From Geobacillus thermocatenulatus (GTDB lineage: Bacteria > Bacillota > Bacilli > Bacillales > Anoxybacillaceae): a stretch of 24,000 bases of DNA. Where the stretch lies: positions 39,164 to 63,163 of the forward strand of contig NZ_NEWK01000002.1 in assembly GCF_002217655.1 (NCBI RefSeq), in the 5' to 3' direction. Each line of letters opens with the position of its first letter. Positions within the stretch are counted from its first letter, which is position 1. This document shows positions 17,407-24,000 of the stretch, in pieces. The translations under genes were made by a program, and so were the position numbers. A model generated the notes under the pieces. It did no database searches, was not told where the DNA came from, and saw nothing but the letters and a program-made list of their open reading frames with translations.

Positions 17407-18441
17407 ATGTTCTCTACACTTCCCATCCTTATCATTCAAGCGCCGATGGCAGGCGGGGTGTCGACGCCTGAACTGGCCGCGGCGGTGTCGAACGCCGGAG
17501 GGCTTGGATTTTTGGCCGGCGGGTACAAGACGGCGGAGGCCATGAAGAAGGAAATTCATGAGCTGCGGACGTTGACGGACCGGCCGTTTGGGGTGAATGT
17601 GTTTGTGCCGGGGGACAAAACAGTGGATGAGGAGGCGGTCGAACGGTACCGTGTAGCACTGGCGGCGGAGGCGGAGCGGTTTGGGGCGTCAGTCGGCGAG
17701 CCGAAATGGGAGGACGACGACTGGGAGGCGAAGCTTGATGTGCTTCTTCGGGAGCGAGTGCCGGTTGTGAGCTTTACGTTCGGTTGCCCGGACAAAGAAG
17801 TGATCGCTGCCTTGCAAAAGGCGGGATCGTTTGTGATCGTGACGGTCACGGCGGTGGAGGAAGCCGAAATGGCCGCCGAAGCTGGGACGAATGCGCTTTG
17901 TGTGCAAGGGGCGGAAGCGGGAGGGCATCGGGCGTCGTTTGGCAACGATCCGGAACAGGATGAGGCGCTTGAGTTGTTTCCTCTGCTGGCCCGAGTGCAG
18001 GCGGCGGTCCGGATTCCGCTCGCGGCGGCGGGCGGGATCATGGATGGGCGCGGCATTGCGGCGACGCTTAAAGCCGGGGCGAGCGCGGTGCAGCTTGGGA
18101 CGGCGTTTTTGCGCTGCCCGGAAAGCGGGGCGCACCCGCTTCATAAACAGGCGCTTGCCGATCCGCGTTTTGCCGAAACGGCCGTGACGAGGGCGTTTAC
18201 CGGCCGGCCGGCGCGCGGGCTTGTGAACCGGTTTATGGCGGAGTATCGCGCCCTGGCGCCGGCGGCGTATCCGCATGCGCACCATATGACGAAGCCGTTG
18301 CGCGCCGCATCCGCCAAGGCAGGCGACCCGGAGGGAATGTCGCTTTGGGCCGGGACGGGATATCGGCTGGCGCGGGAGCTTCCGGCGGCGGAGCTTGTCG
18401 AAGAGCTGAAGCGGGAGCTCGAGGAAGCTTGGCAAGCATAG
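17407..18441 (+). CDS. npd: Nitronate monooxygenase (2-nitropropane dioxygenase family, FMN TIM barrel)
   Basis: IIQAPMAGGVSTPELAAAVSNAGGLGFLA, GAEAGGH and GGIMDGRGIAA motifs of the NMO family. The ATG follows GAAGGGAGA. Confidence 0.88.
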   Translation: MFSTLPILIIQAPMAGGVSTPELAAAVSNAGGLGFLAGGYKTAEAMKKEIHELRTLTDRPFGVNVFVPGDKTVDEEAVERYRVALAAEAERFGASVGEPKWEDDDWEAKLDVLLRERVPVVSFTFGCPDKEVIAALQKAGSFVIVTVTAVEEAEMAAEAGTNALCVQGAEAGGHRASFGNDPEQDEALELFPLLARVQAAVRIPLAAAGGIMDGRGIAATLKAGASAVQLGTAFLRCPESGAHPLHKQALADPRFAETAVTRAFTGRPARGLVNRFMAEYRALAPAAYPHAHHMTKPLRAASAKAGDPEGMSLWAGTGYRLARELPAAELVEELKRELEEAWQA

Positions 18442-18516
18442 GAGTTTCGTTATGCGGATGGAAAGAAAACGCGTTCATTCTTCCGAAAAAATGCTGAATA
18501 AGGGGGAGAGGAAACC

Positions 18517-19704
18517 ATGACCGCATCTCGCATCGTCTTTCCGCCGCTCAGCTATGTCGGCTGGGGGGCGCTTACGCAGTTAGTTCCGGAAGTAAAAAGG
18601 CTTGGGGCAGCACACGTGTTGGTGATCACCGATCCAGCGCTTGAAAAAATCGGCCTCGTCGAGCAAGTGACGTCCCCGCTCCGGCAAGCAGGGTGCAGCG
18701 TGCATGTATATACGGACGTCGTGCCGGAGCCGCCGCTTGAAACGGGGGAGAAGGCGGTGGCGTTTGTCCGCGGCGGAGAGTTTGATCTCGTCATCGGCGT
18801 CGGCGGCGGCAGCGCGATGGATTTGGCGAAACTGGCTGCTGTGTTGGCCGTGCACGAAGGTCCGGTTGCTGATTATTTAAACTTGACGGGAACGAGAACG
18901 CTTGAGAAAAAAGGATTGCCGAAAATATTGATTCCGACGACATCAGGCACCGGGTCCGAGGTGACGAACATCTCGGTCTTGTCGTTGGAAACGACAAAAG
19001 ACGTCGTGACGTATGACTACTTGTTGGCCGATGTGGCGATCGTCGATCCGCAGCTTACGGTTTCCGTCCCGCCGCGGGTGACGGCGGCGACTGGGATCGA
19101 TGCGCTTACCCATGCGGTCGAGGCGTACGTGTCGGTCAATGCGAGCCCGACATCGGACGGCTTGGCGCTTCAGGCGATGCGTCTCATTTCCCGCTCATTG
19201 CGCAAGGCGGTGGAAAATGGAGCGGACAAACAGGCGCGCATCGATATGGCGAACGGCAGCTATTTGGCCGGTTTGGCGTTTTTCAACGCCGGCGTGGCGG
19301 GCGTGCATGCGCTCGCGTATCCGCTCGGCGGGCAGTTTCATATCGCCCACGGCGAATCGAACGCCGTGCTCTTGCCGTATGTGATGGGCTACATTCGCCA
19401 AAGCTGCACGAAACGAATGGCGGACATGTTAAACGCCCTTGGCGGCAACTCAAGCTTTTTATCAGAGGAGGAGGCGTCGCGCCGTTGCGTCGAGGAGCTC
19501 GAGCGCCTCGTCGCCGATGTCGGCATCCCGAAGACGCTCGGCGGTTTTGGCATTCCGGAAAGTGCGTTAGAAAGCTTGACAAAAGACGCCATTCAGCAAA
19601 AACGGCTGCTCGCCCGCAGCCCGATGCCGCTTTCGGAAGACGACATCCGCACGATTTATCAAGCCGCGTTCGCCGGCACGATCGTCGAACCGAACAACGA
19701 ATGA
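18517..19704 (+). CDS. Iron-containing (group III) alcohol dehydrogenase
   Basis: GVGGGSAMDLAK nucleotide-binding motif and His-rich metal site (THAVEAY, GVHALAYPLGGQFHIAHG). The ATG follows GGGGGAGAGG. Confidence 0.88.
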   Translation: MTASRIVFPPLSYVGWGALTQLVPEVKRLGAAHVLVITDPALEKIGLVEQVTSPLRQAGCSVHVYTDVVPEPPLETGEKAVAFVRGGEFDLVIGVGGGSAMDLAKLAAVLAVHEGPVADYLNLTGTRTLEKKGLPKILIPTTSGTGSEVTNISVLSLETTKDVVTYDYLLADVAIVDPQLTVSVPPRVTAATGIDALTHAVEAYVSVNASPTSDGLALQAMRLISRSLRKAVENGADKQARIDMANGSYLAGLAFFNAGVAGVHALAYPLGGQFHIAHGESNAVLLPYVMGYIRQSCTKRMADMLNALGGNSSFLSEEEASRRCVEELERLVADVGIPKTLGGFGIPESALESLTKDAIQQKRLLARSPMPLSEDDIRTIYQAAFAGTIVEPNNE

Positions 19705-19711
19705 GGAGAAA

Positions 19712-19744
19712 AACAGGGGCTGCTTCAGGCTCCTGTTTTTTCTT
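19712..19744 (+). terminator. Intrinsic terminator after the alcohol dehydrogenase
   Basis: AACAGGGGC pairs with GCTCCTGTT (9 bp, one G-U pair), loop TGCTTCAG, followed by TTTTTTCTTT. Confidence 0.75.
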
Positions 19745-19924
19745 TGGATGTTGGGAATTAGGATCCGGCTTCTCAGGTTGGATCCCCTTTCCGCTCAAGG
19801 GGCGACGTTTTTCACGTTTTCTTGATGGAGAAGCAGGAATTTCCACACGTTGGGGCGAACCCATATACATCAGCCGCCGAAATTCGACAAAAGAAGATTC
19901 CAGTTCCGTTGAGGGGGAGCGTTC

Positions 19925-20326
19925 ATGTTTACGACTGTCATTACGCCGCGCGTGTCGGAAACCGACGGCGTCGGCCATATTAACAATACGACCGTGCCCG
20001 TTTGGTTTGAAGCGGGGCGGCATGAAATTTTCAAGCTGTTTACGCCTGATTTGTCATTCAAACGTTGGCGGATGGTGATCATCCGTATGGAGGTTGACTA
20101 CGTCAACCAACTGTATTATGGGCGCGATGTGACCGTATATACCGGCATTGAACGCATCGGCAACACAAGCCTGACGATTTATGAAGAAATCCACCAAAAC
20201 GGGGTGGTGTGCGCCAAAGGACGGGCGGTGTATGTCAATTTCAATTTTGACACTGGGCGCCCCGAACCGATTCCGGATGACATTCGGGCGAAATTGCGCG
20301 AACATGTATGGCAACCAAGAGAGTAG
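19925..20326 (+). CDS. Acyl-CoA thioesterase, hotdog fold (4HBT/YbgC-like)
   Basis: N-terminal VITPRVSETDGVGHINNTTVPVWFEAGR, typical of 4HBT-type thioesterases, at 133 aa. The ATG follows GAGGGGGAG. Confidence 0.8.
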   Translation: MFTTVITPRVSETDGVGHINNTTVPVWFEAGRHEIFKLFTPDLSFKRWRMVIIRMEVDYVNQLYYGRDVTVYTGIERIGNTSLTIYEEIHQNGVVCAKGRAVYVNFNFDTGRPEPIPDDIRAKLREHVWQPRE

Positions 20327-20344
20327 ATGAAAGGAGGTGACAGT

Positions 20345-20749
20345 GTGAAGGAGCATCATCTTTGGGAGCAAGTGAAAACGAAGCTTGCGCAAAAGCTGTC
20401 CGGCCCGTCGTTTGACACTTGGTTTGCTTCGACGTCCGCGACGGTGGATGACGATTGGCTCATCATCGAATGCCTCAACGACATTCAATGTGAATGGCTG
20501 CAAACAAGATACGGCGAACTCATCAGTGAAACCGTCCGCGAAGTGTTCGGCCGCGAGATGCGCATCTTCGTCTCTGTCCACGGCGAGCGGCAGAAAATCG
20601 AAGAGCGGCTCGAACAGCGATTCGGCGCTCCGATGACCTTCCGTCAATACGTCACCCGCCTTGAGCGGCAGATGGAGGAGCTGGAGCGGCGCATTGACCA
20701 CTACGCGCGCATCATCGATGAACTGCTGGAATCCCGTCCGATTCACTGA
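20345..20749 (+). CDS. Stand-alone DnaA N-terminal (domain I)-like protein with a C-terminal coiled-coil
   Basis: LWEQVKTKLAQKLSGPSFDTWFASTSATVDDDWLIIECLNDIQCEWLQTRYGELISETVREVFGREMRIFV aligns by eye with DnaA domain I (LW.Q....KLS.PSF.TW..ST......L.I...N.....WL..RY..LI). The heptad-like tail is RLERQMEELERRIDHYARIIDELL. The GTG at 20345 lies 7 nt after AGGAGG, and an alternative ATG at 20327 abuts the thioesterase stop. Confidence 0.75.
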   Translation: MKEHHLWEQVKTKLAQKLSGPSFDTWFASTSATVDDDWLIIECLNDIQCEWLQTRYGELISETVREVFGREMRIFVSVHGERQKIEERLEQRFGAPMTFRQYVTRLERQMEELERRIDHYARIIDELLESRPIH

Positions 20750-20779
20750 TGATCCCCTAATGAGCAACCTCCAATAAGA

Positions 20780-20817
20780 AGCGGCCTCCGCGCCATCAGC
20801 CGGGAGGCCGCTTTTTG
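20780..20817 (+). terminator. Intrinsic terminator after the DnaA_N-like gene
   Basis: AGCGGCCTCC (20780-20789) pairs perfectly with GGAGGCCGCT (20803-20812), followed by TTTT. Confidence 0.85.
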
Positions 20818-20913
20818 TGCATCTTTTATGTTATAAAAAGTTACGCAATTGTGGTGAAACCGTATATTCCCTCTGATTTTTATGCGATCGTTCATATTTT
20901 TTTGTTAAAATAA

Positions 20914-20930
20914 TGTTATATAATCTAACA
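20914..20930 (+). promoter_or_regulatory. TnrA/GlnR box (TGTNA-N7-TNACA)
   Basis: TGTTA-TATAATC-TAACA is a perfect match to the 17 bp nitrogen-regulator consensus, in the AT-rich region upstream of nasD. Confidence 0.6.
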
Positions 20931-20937
20931 TAAAAAA

Positions 20938-20966
20938 TGCGCACTTCGTTTTTGACGTGATATGAT
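20938..20966 (+). promoter_or_regulatory. Putative activator-dependent sigma-A promoter of nasDE
   Basis: Extended -10 TGaTATGAT (20958-20966) with a weak -35 TGCGCA (20938-20943) and 17 nt spacing. The TnrA box centre (20922) lies about 50 nt upstream of the predicted start site. Confidence 0.45.
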
Positions 20967-21094
20967 GGGCACAACCAAGGCAAAGGGGGAATGTGAGGGT
21001 GATGAAAACAAGAACGGTCGGATTATGGGAGATGCTGGTGATGACGATCCGGCTTTGGCTGCATCGATGACAAGAAGTATGGAGGGATGACGAT

Positions 21095-23521
21095 ATGAAA
21101 CGAAAACTCGTGTTAATCGGCAACGGCATGGCGGGGGTTCGCTGCATCGAGGAGATTTTAAAACTTGACCGCGAGGCGTTTGAGATCACGATTTTTGGCA
21201 GCGAACCGCATCCGAATTATAACCGCATTTTGTTGTCGAAGGTGCTGCAAGGAGATACGCGCCTTGATGACATTACGTTGAACAGTTGGGAATGGTACGA
21301 ACGAAACGGCATTCGGCTGTTTGCCGGCGAAACGGTGACGGAAGTCGACATCAAGCGGCGGCTTGTCCGGACCGACCGTGGGCGGGTAGTCGAATACGAT
21401 GAATTGATTTTCGCGACAGGGTCGAATCCGTTTATCTTGCCGGTGCCGGGGGCGGATTTGCCCGGGGTGACGGCGTTTCGCGATATCCAAGATTGCGAGC
21501 GGATGATCGAATATGCGAAGACGTACAAAAAAGCGGCGGTCATTGGCGGCGGCTTGCTTGGCTTGGAGGCGGCGCGCGGCCTGCTTCACTTAGGGATGGA
21601 TGTCGATGTCATCCATATTTTCGACTATTTGATGGAACGCCAGCTTGATCCGACCGCTTCCAAGCTGCTGCAGCGGGAGCTGGAGAAACAAGGGATGAAC
21701 GTTTTGCTTCGCAAGGAGACGGCCGAATTGTTCGGCAACGGCCGTGTGGAGGGAGTGCGGTTTAAGGACGGTACGTCCATTGCCGCCGACTTGGTGGTGA
21801 TGGCGGTCGGTATTCGTCCGAATGTTGATTTAGCGCGGAGAAGCGGCATTGAAGTGAATCGAGGAATCGTTGTCAATGACTACTTGGAAACGAGCGTGCC
21901 GCACATTTACGCGGTCGGTGAATGCGCGGAACATCGCGGTGTTGTGTATGGGCTCGTCGCTCCGCTTTATGAGCAGGGGAAAGTGCTGGCAGAGGCGATT
22001 TGCGGCCGAAAAGGAAAGCCGTATGAAGGATCGGTCGTTGCGACTCAGCTGAAAGTGTCCGGTGTCGACGTGTTCTCGGCTGGTGAATTTATGGATGGCG
22101 AAGGGACGGAGTCGATCAAACTGTATGACGAAGCACGCTCGGTGTACAAGAAAGTCGTCGTTCGCCAAGGGAAAATCGTTGGTGCAGTGCTGTTTGGCGA
22201 TACGAGCGAGGGCCGAAAGCTGTTCGATATGATCCAGCGCGGCGATTCGGTTGAGGCGCTCTCGCTGTCGCTGTTTGCCCCAACCGCTTCAGGCGGGAAG
22301 GGAAGTCTTGCGGCGGCGATGGCCGATGCCGATGTGGTTTGCGGCTGCAACGGGGTGACAAAAGGCGCGATTTGTCAGGCGATTGCCGAACACGGACTTA
22401 AGACAGTCGCCGAGGTGCGCGACTATACGAATGCGTCTCGCTCGTGCGGCGGCTGCAAAGGGCTTGTCGCCGAGCTGCTTGAGCATATGCTCGGTGAAGA
22501 AGCGAATCGGTATGCGGTGAAAGAAACGATCTGCGGCTGCACGGACCTAAGCCGCGAGGAAGTGATTGCGGCCATTAAAGAAAAACGGCTGATGACGGTC
22601 AAAGAGGTCATGAGCGTATTGGGATGGAAAAACGAGGAAGGGTGTTCGAAATGCCGTCCGGCGCTCAATTATTACCTGGGCATGCTTTATCCGGGCGAGT
22701 ACGATGAAGAAGCGGAATCGTTGTTTGTCAATGAGCGGCTGCACGCCAACATCCAGGCCGACGGCACGTACTCCGTTGTGCCGCGCATATATGGCGGGGT
22801 GACGACAGCCGAACAGCTGCGGAACATCGCCGATGTCGCGGAAAAATACAACGTGCCGATGATTAAGATCACCGGCGGGCAGCGCATTGACTTGCTTGGG
22901 GTGAAAAAAGAAGATTTGCCGCGCATTTGGGCCGATCTCGGCATGCCGTCAGGCTACGCCTACGCCAAGGCGCTTCGGACGGTGAAAACGTGCGTCGGCA
23001 AGCAGTTTTGCCGCTTTGGGACGCAAGATTCGACCGGGCTTGGCATTCGGATGGAACAAACATTTGAGCGGCTGAAAACGCCGCATAAAGTGAAAATGGC
23101 CGTCTCCGCCTGCCCGCGCAACTGCGCGGAATCGGGCATTAAAGATGTCGGCATCGTCGGAGTCGAGGGCGGATGGGAGATTTATGTCGGCGGCAACGGC
23201 GGCACCCATTTGCGTGCAGCTGACTTGCTTTGCACGGTCAAGACGGAAGACGAAGTGATCGAGATGACCGGTGCTTTTTTGCAATATTACCGCGAGTCCG
23301 CGCATTATTTGGAGCGGACGTCCAAATGGGTGGAGCGCGTCGGGCTCGAGCATATCCGCGAAGTGTTGTTCGATGTGGAAACGCGCCGCGCGCTGCTTGA
23401 GCGGCTTTATAAAGCCCTTTCGGCGACAAAAGATCCATGGCGGGACATCGTCGAAAACGAGGCGCTGCAACAAACGTTGTTCCGTGATATCGGCGACAAA
23501 GAGCCGGTGCCGGTGGAATGA
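21095..23521 (+). CDS. nasD: Assimilatory nitrite reductase [NAD(P)H] large subunit
   Basis: 808 aa with an N-terminal FAD/NAD Rossmann domain (LVLIGNGMAGVRC), a BFD-like [2Fe-2S] region (VCGCNGVTKG) and a sirohaem/[4Fe-4S] domain (SACPRNCAES). The ATG follows GGAGGG. Confidence 0.93.
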   Translation: MKRKLVLIGNGMAGVRCIEEILKLDREAFEITIFGSEPHPNYNRILLSKVLQGDTRLDDITLNSWEWYERNGIRLFAGETVTEVDIKRRLVRTDRGRVVEYDELIFATGSNPFILPVPGADLPGVTAFRDIQDCERMIEYAKTYKKAAVIGGGLLGLEAARGLLHLGMDVDVIHIFDYLMERQLDPTASKLLQRELEKQGMNVLLRKETAELFGNGRVEGVRFKDGTSIAADLVVMAVGIRPNVDLARRSGIEVNRGIVVNDYLETSVPHIYAVGECAEHRGVVYGLVAPLYEQGKVLAEAICGRKGKPYEGSVVATQLKVSGVDVFSAGEFMDGEGTESIKLYDEARSVYKKVVVRQGKIVGAVLFGDTSEGRKLFDMIQRGDSVEALSLSLFAPTASGGKGSLAAAMADADVVCGCNGVTKGAICQAIAEHGLKTVAEVRDYTNASRSCGGCKGLVAELLEHMLGEEANRYAVKETICGCTDLSREEVIAAIKEKRLMTVKEVMSVLGWKNEEGCSKCRPALNYYLGMLYPGEYDEEAESLFVNERLHANIQADGTYSVVPRIYGGVTTAEQLRNIADVAEKYNVPMIKITGGQRIDLLGVKKEDLPRIWADLGMPSGYAYAKALRTVKTCVGKQFCRFGTQDSTGLGIRMEQTFERLKTPHKVKMAVSACPRNCAESGIKDVGIVGVEGGWEIYVGGNGGTHLRAADLLCTVKTEDEVIEMTGAFLQYYRESAHYLERTSKWVERVGLEHIREVLFDVETRRALLERLYKALSATKDPWRDIVENEALQQTLFRDIGDKEPVPVE

Positions 23522-23731
23522 AGGGGAGGAGGAAAAGTCCGATGCTCCGCCGTCCGGACTATTTTTGAACGAAGAGAAGGGTGGTGACCGTAGTCCAGTC
23601 GAGAAATGAGGTGTTCGTTTTTGAAACGCTGATTTTACGTTGTTGTTCATGAAATCTTGCTCAGCTTGTAAAGGAATGGTCACACAGGCTGGTTTTGGTT
23701 CAGACATCGATGCGGGGAGGGCGAAGAGAGG

Positions 23732-24000
23732 ATGAAGGTGAAAGTGGGAACATTGGAACAGCTGCCGAAGCGGCTCGGAAAATGCGTGCGGGTCGGGAAT
23801 CGTGAGCTGGCGTTGTTCCGGACGGGTGACGATCAAGTATTTGCCGTCGAAAACCGCTGTCCGCATAGAGGCGGCGATCTGTCACAAGGCATTGTGAGCG
23901 GCGAGTTTGTGTTTTGTCCGCTCCATGATTGGAAAATTTGCCTGAAAGACGGCCGGGTGCAGGCGCCGGATGAAGGGTGTGTCAAAACGTACCGCGCGGC
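23732..24000 (+). CDS. nasE: Nitrite reductase small subunit (Rieske-like), 3' end outside window
   Basis: Absent from the ORF track because there is no stop within the window. The ATG at 23732 follows GAAGAGAGG. My translation [89 protein letters not shown] matches NirD/NasE. Confidence 0.88.
   Translation, partial: MKVKVGTLEQLPKRLGKCVRVGNRELALFRTGDDQVFAVENRCPHRGGDLSQGIVSGEFVFCPLHDWKICLKDGRVQAPDEGCVKTYRA

Noticed and set aside
19761-19812. Two short hairpins upstream of the thioesterase gene (GGATCC...GGATCC and CCCCTT/AAGGGG plus a T-run) as a possible attenuator
   Set aside because: The stems are only 6 bp with weak T-tracts. They sit just after a much stronger terminator at 19712-19744, so they are probably incidental.
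14504-20767. Series of long antisense or out-of-frame ORFs (14504-15268 -, 15249-15782 -, 15996-16682 -, 17689-18435 -, 19283-20023 -, 19485-20078 +, 20054-20767 -)
   Set aside because: Each overlaps a gene with clear family motifs on the other strand or frame. Their translations are dominated by R, P, A and G runs and resemble no protein family I recognise.
22949-23866. 305 aa minus-strand ORF antisense to the 3' end of nasD and the start of nasE
   Set aside because: It lies entirely opposite strongly supported genes, has Arg/Pro/Ala-rich low-complexity composition and no SD. This is a typical shadow ORF in GC-rich coding DNA.
1-24000. Scan for CRISPR arrays, tRNA or rRNA genes and long direct or tandem repeats
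   Set aside because: By eye I saw no regularly spaced repeats, no cloverleaf-like or rRNA-like segments, and no long repeats. The only mobile DNA is the fragment cluster at 12959-13764.

Overview
The window looks like a chromosomal segment of a thermophilic Bacillaceae genome, probably Geobacillus-like; that call rests on gene content and protein similarity from memory, with no search run. Nearly all of it is ordinary metabolic coding sequence. From left to right: the distal urease accessory operon ureE(5' partial)-ureF-ureG-ureD plus a UreH-type nickel permease; a minus-strand MFS-GNAT pair divergent from D-serine dehydratase; maltose O-acetyltransferase; a cyclase/arylformamidase-family gene; an aldehyde dehydrogenase; and a GT39/ArnT-like membrane glycosyltransferase. 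Next comes enoyl-CoA hydratase, followed by a roughly 5 kb decayed segment that holds a structured non-coding stretch, fragments of three unrelated transposase families, an oxidoreductase fragment, intact galM, a 3' remnant of xylA, intact xylB, and a small immunity-like gene broken by an in-frame TGA. The window ends with nitronate monooxygenase, an Fe-alcohol dehydrogenase, a hotdog thioesterase, a stand-alone DnaA domain-I paralog, and nasD-nasE(3' partial) behind a TnrA-box promoter. I saw no rRNA, tRNA or CRISPR array. I found no convincing new multi-gene system such as a defence island. The most unusual material is the degraded island between the enoyl-CoA hydratase and nitronate monooxygenase genes, the roughly 440 nt hairpin-dense non-coding segment at its left edge (possibly a group II intron 5' fragment or an IS leader), and the DnaA domain-I paralog. 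All coordinates come from hand inspection of the sequence and ORF track. Family assignments are from motif recognition only.
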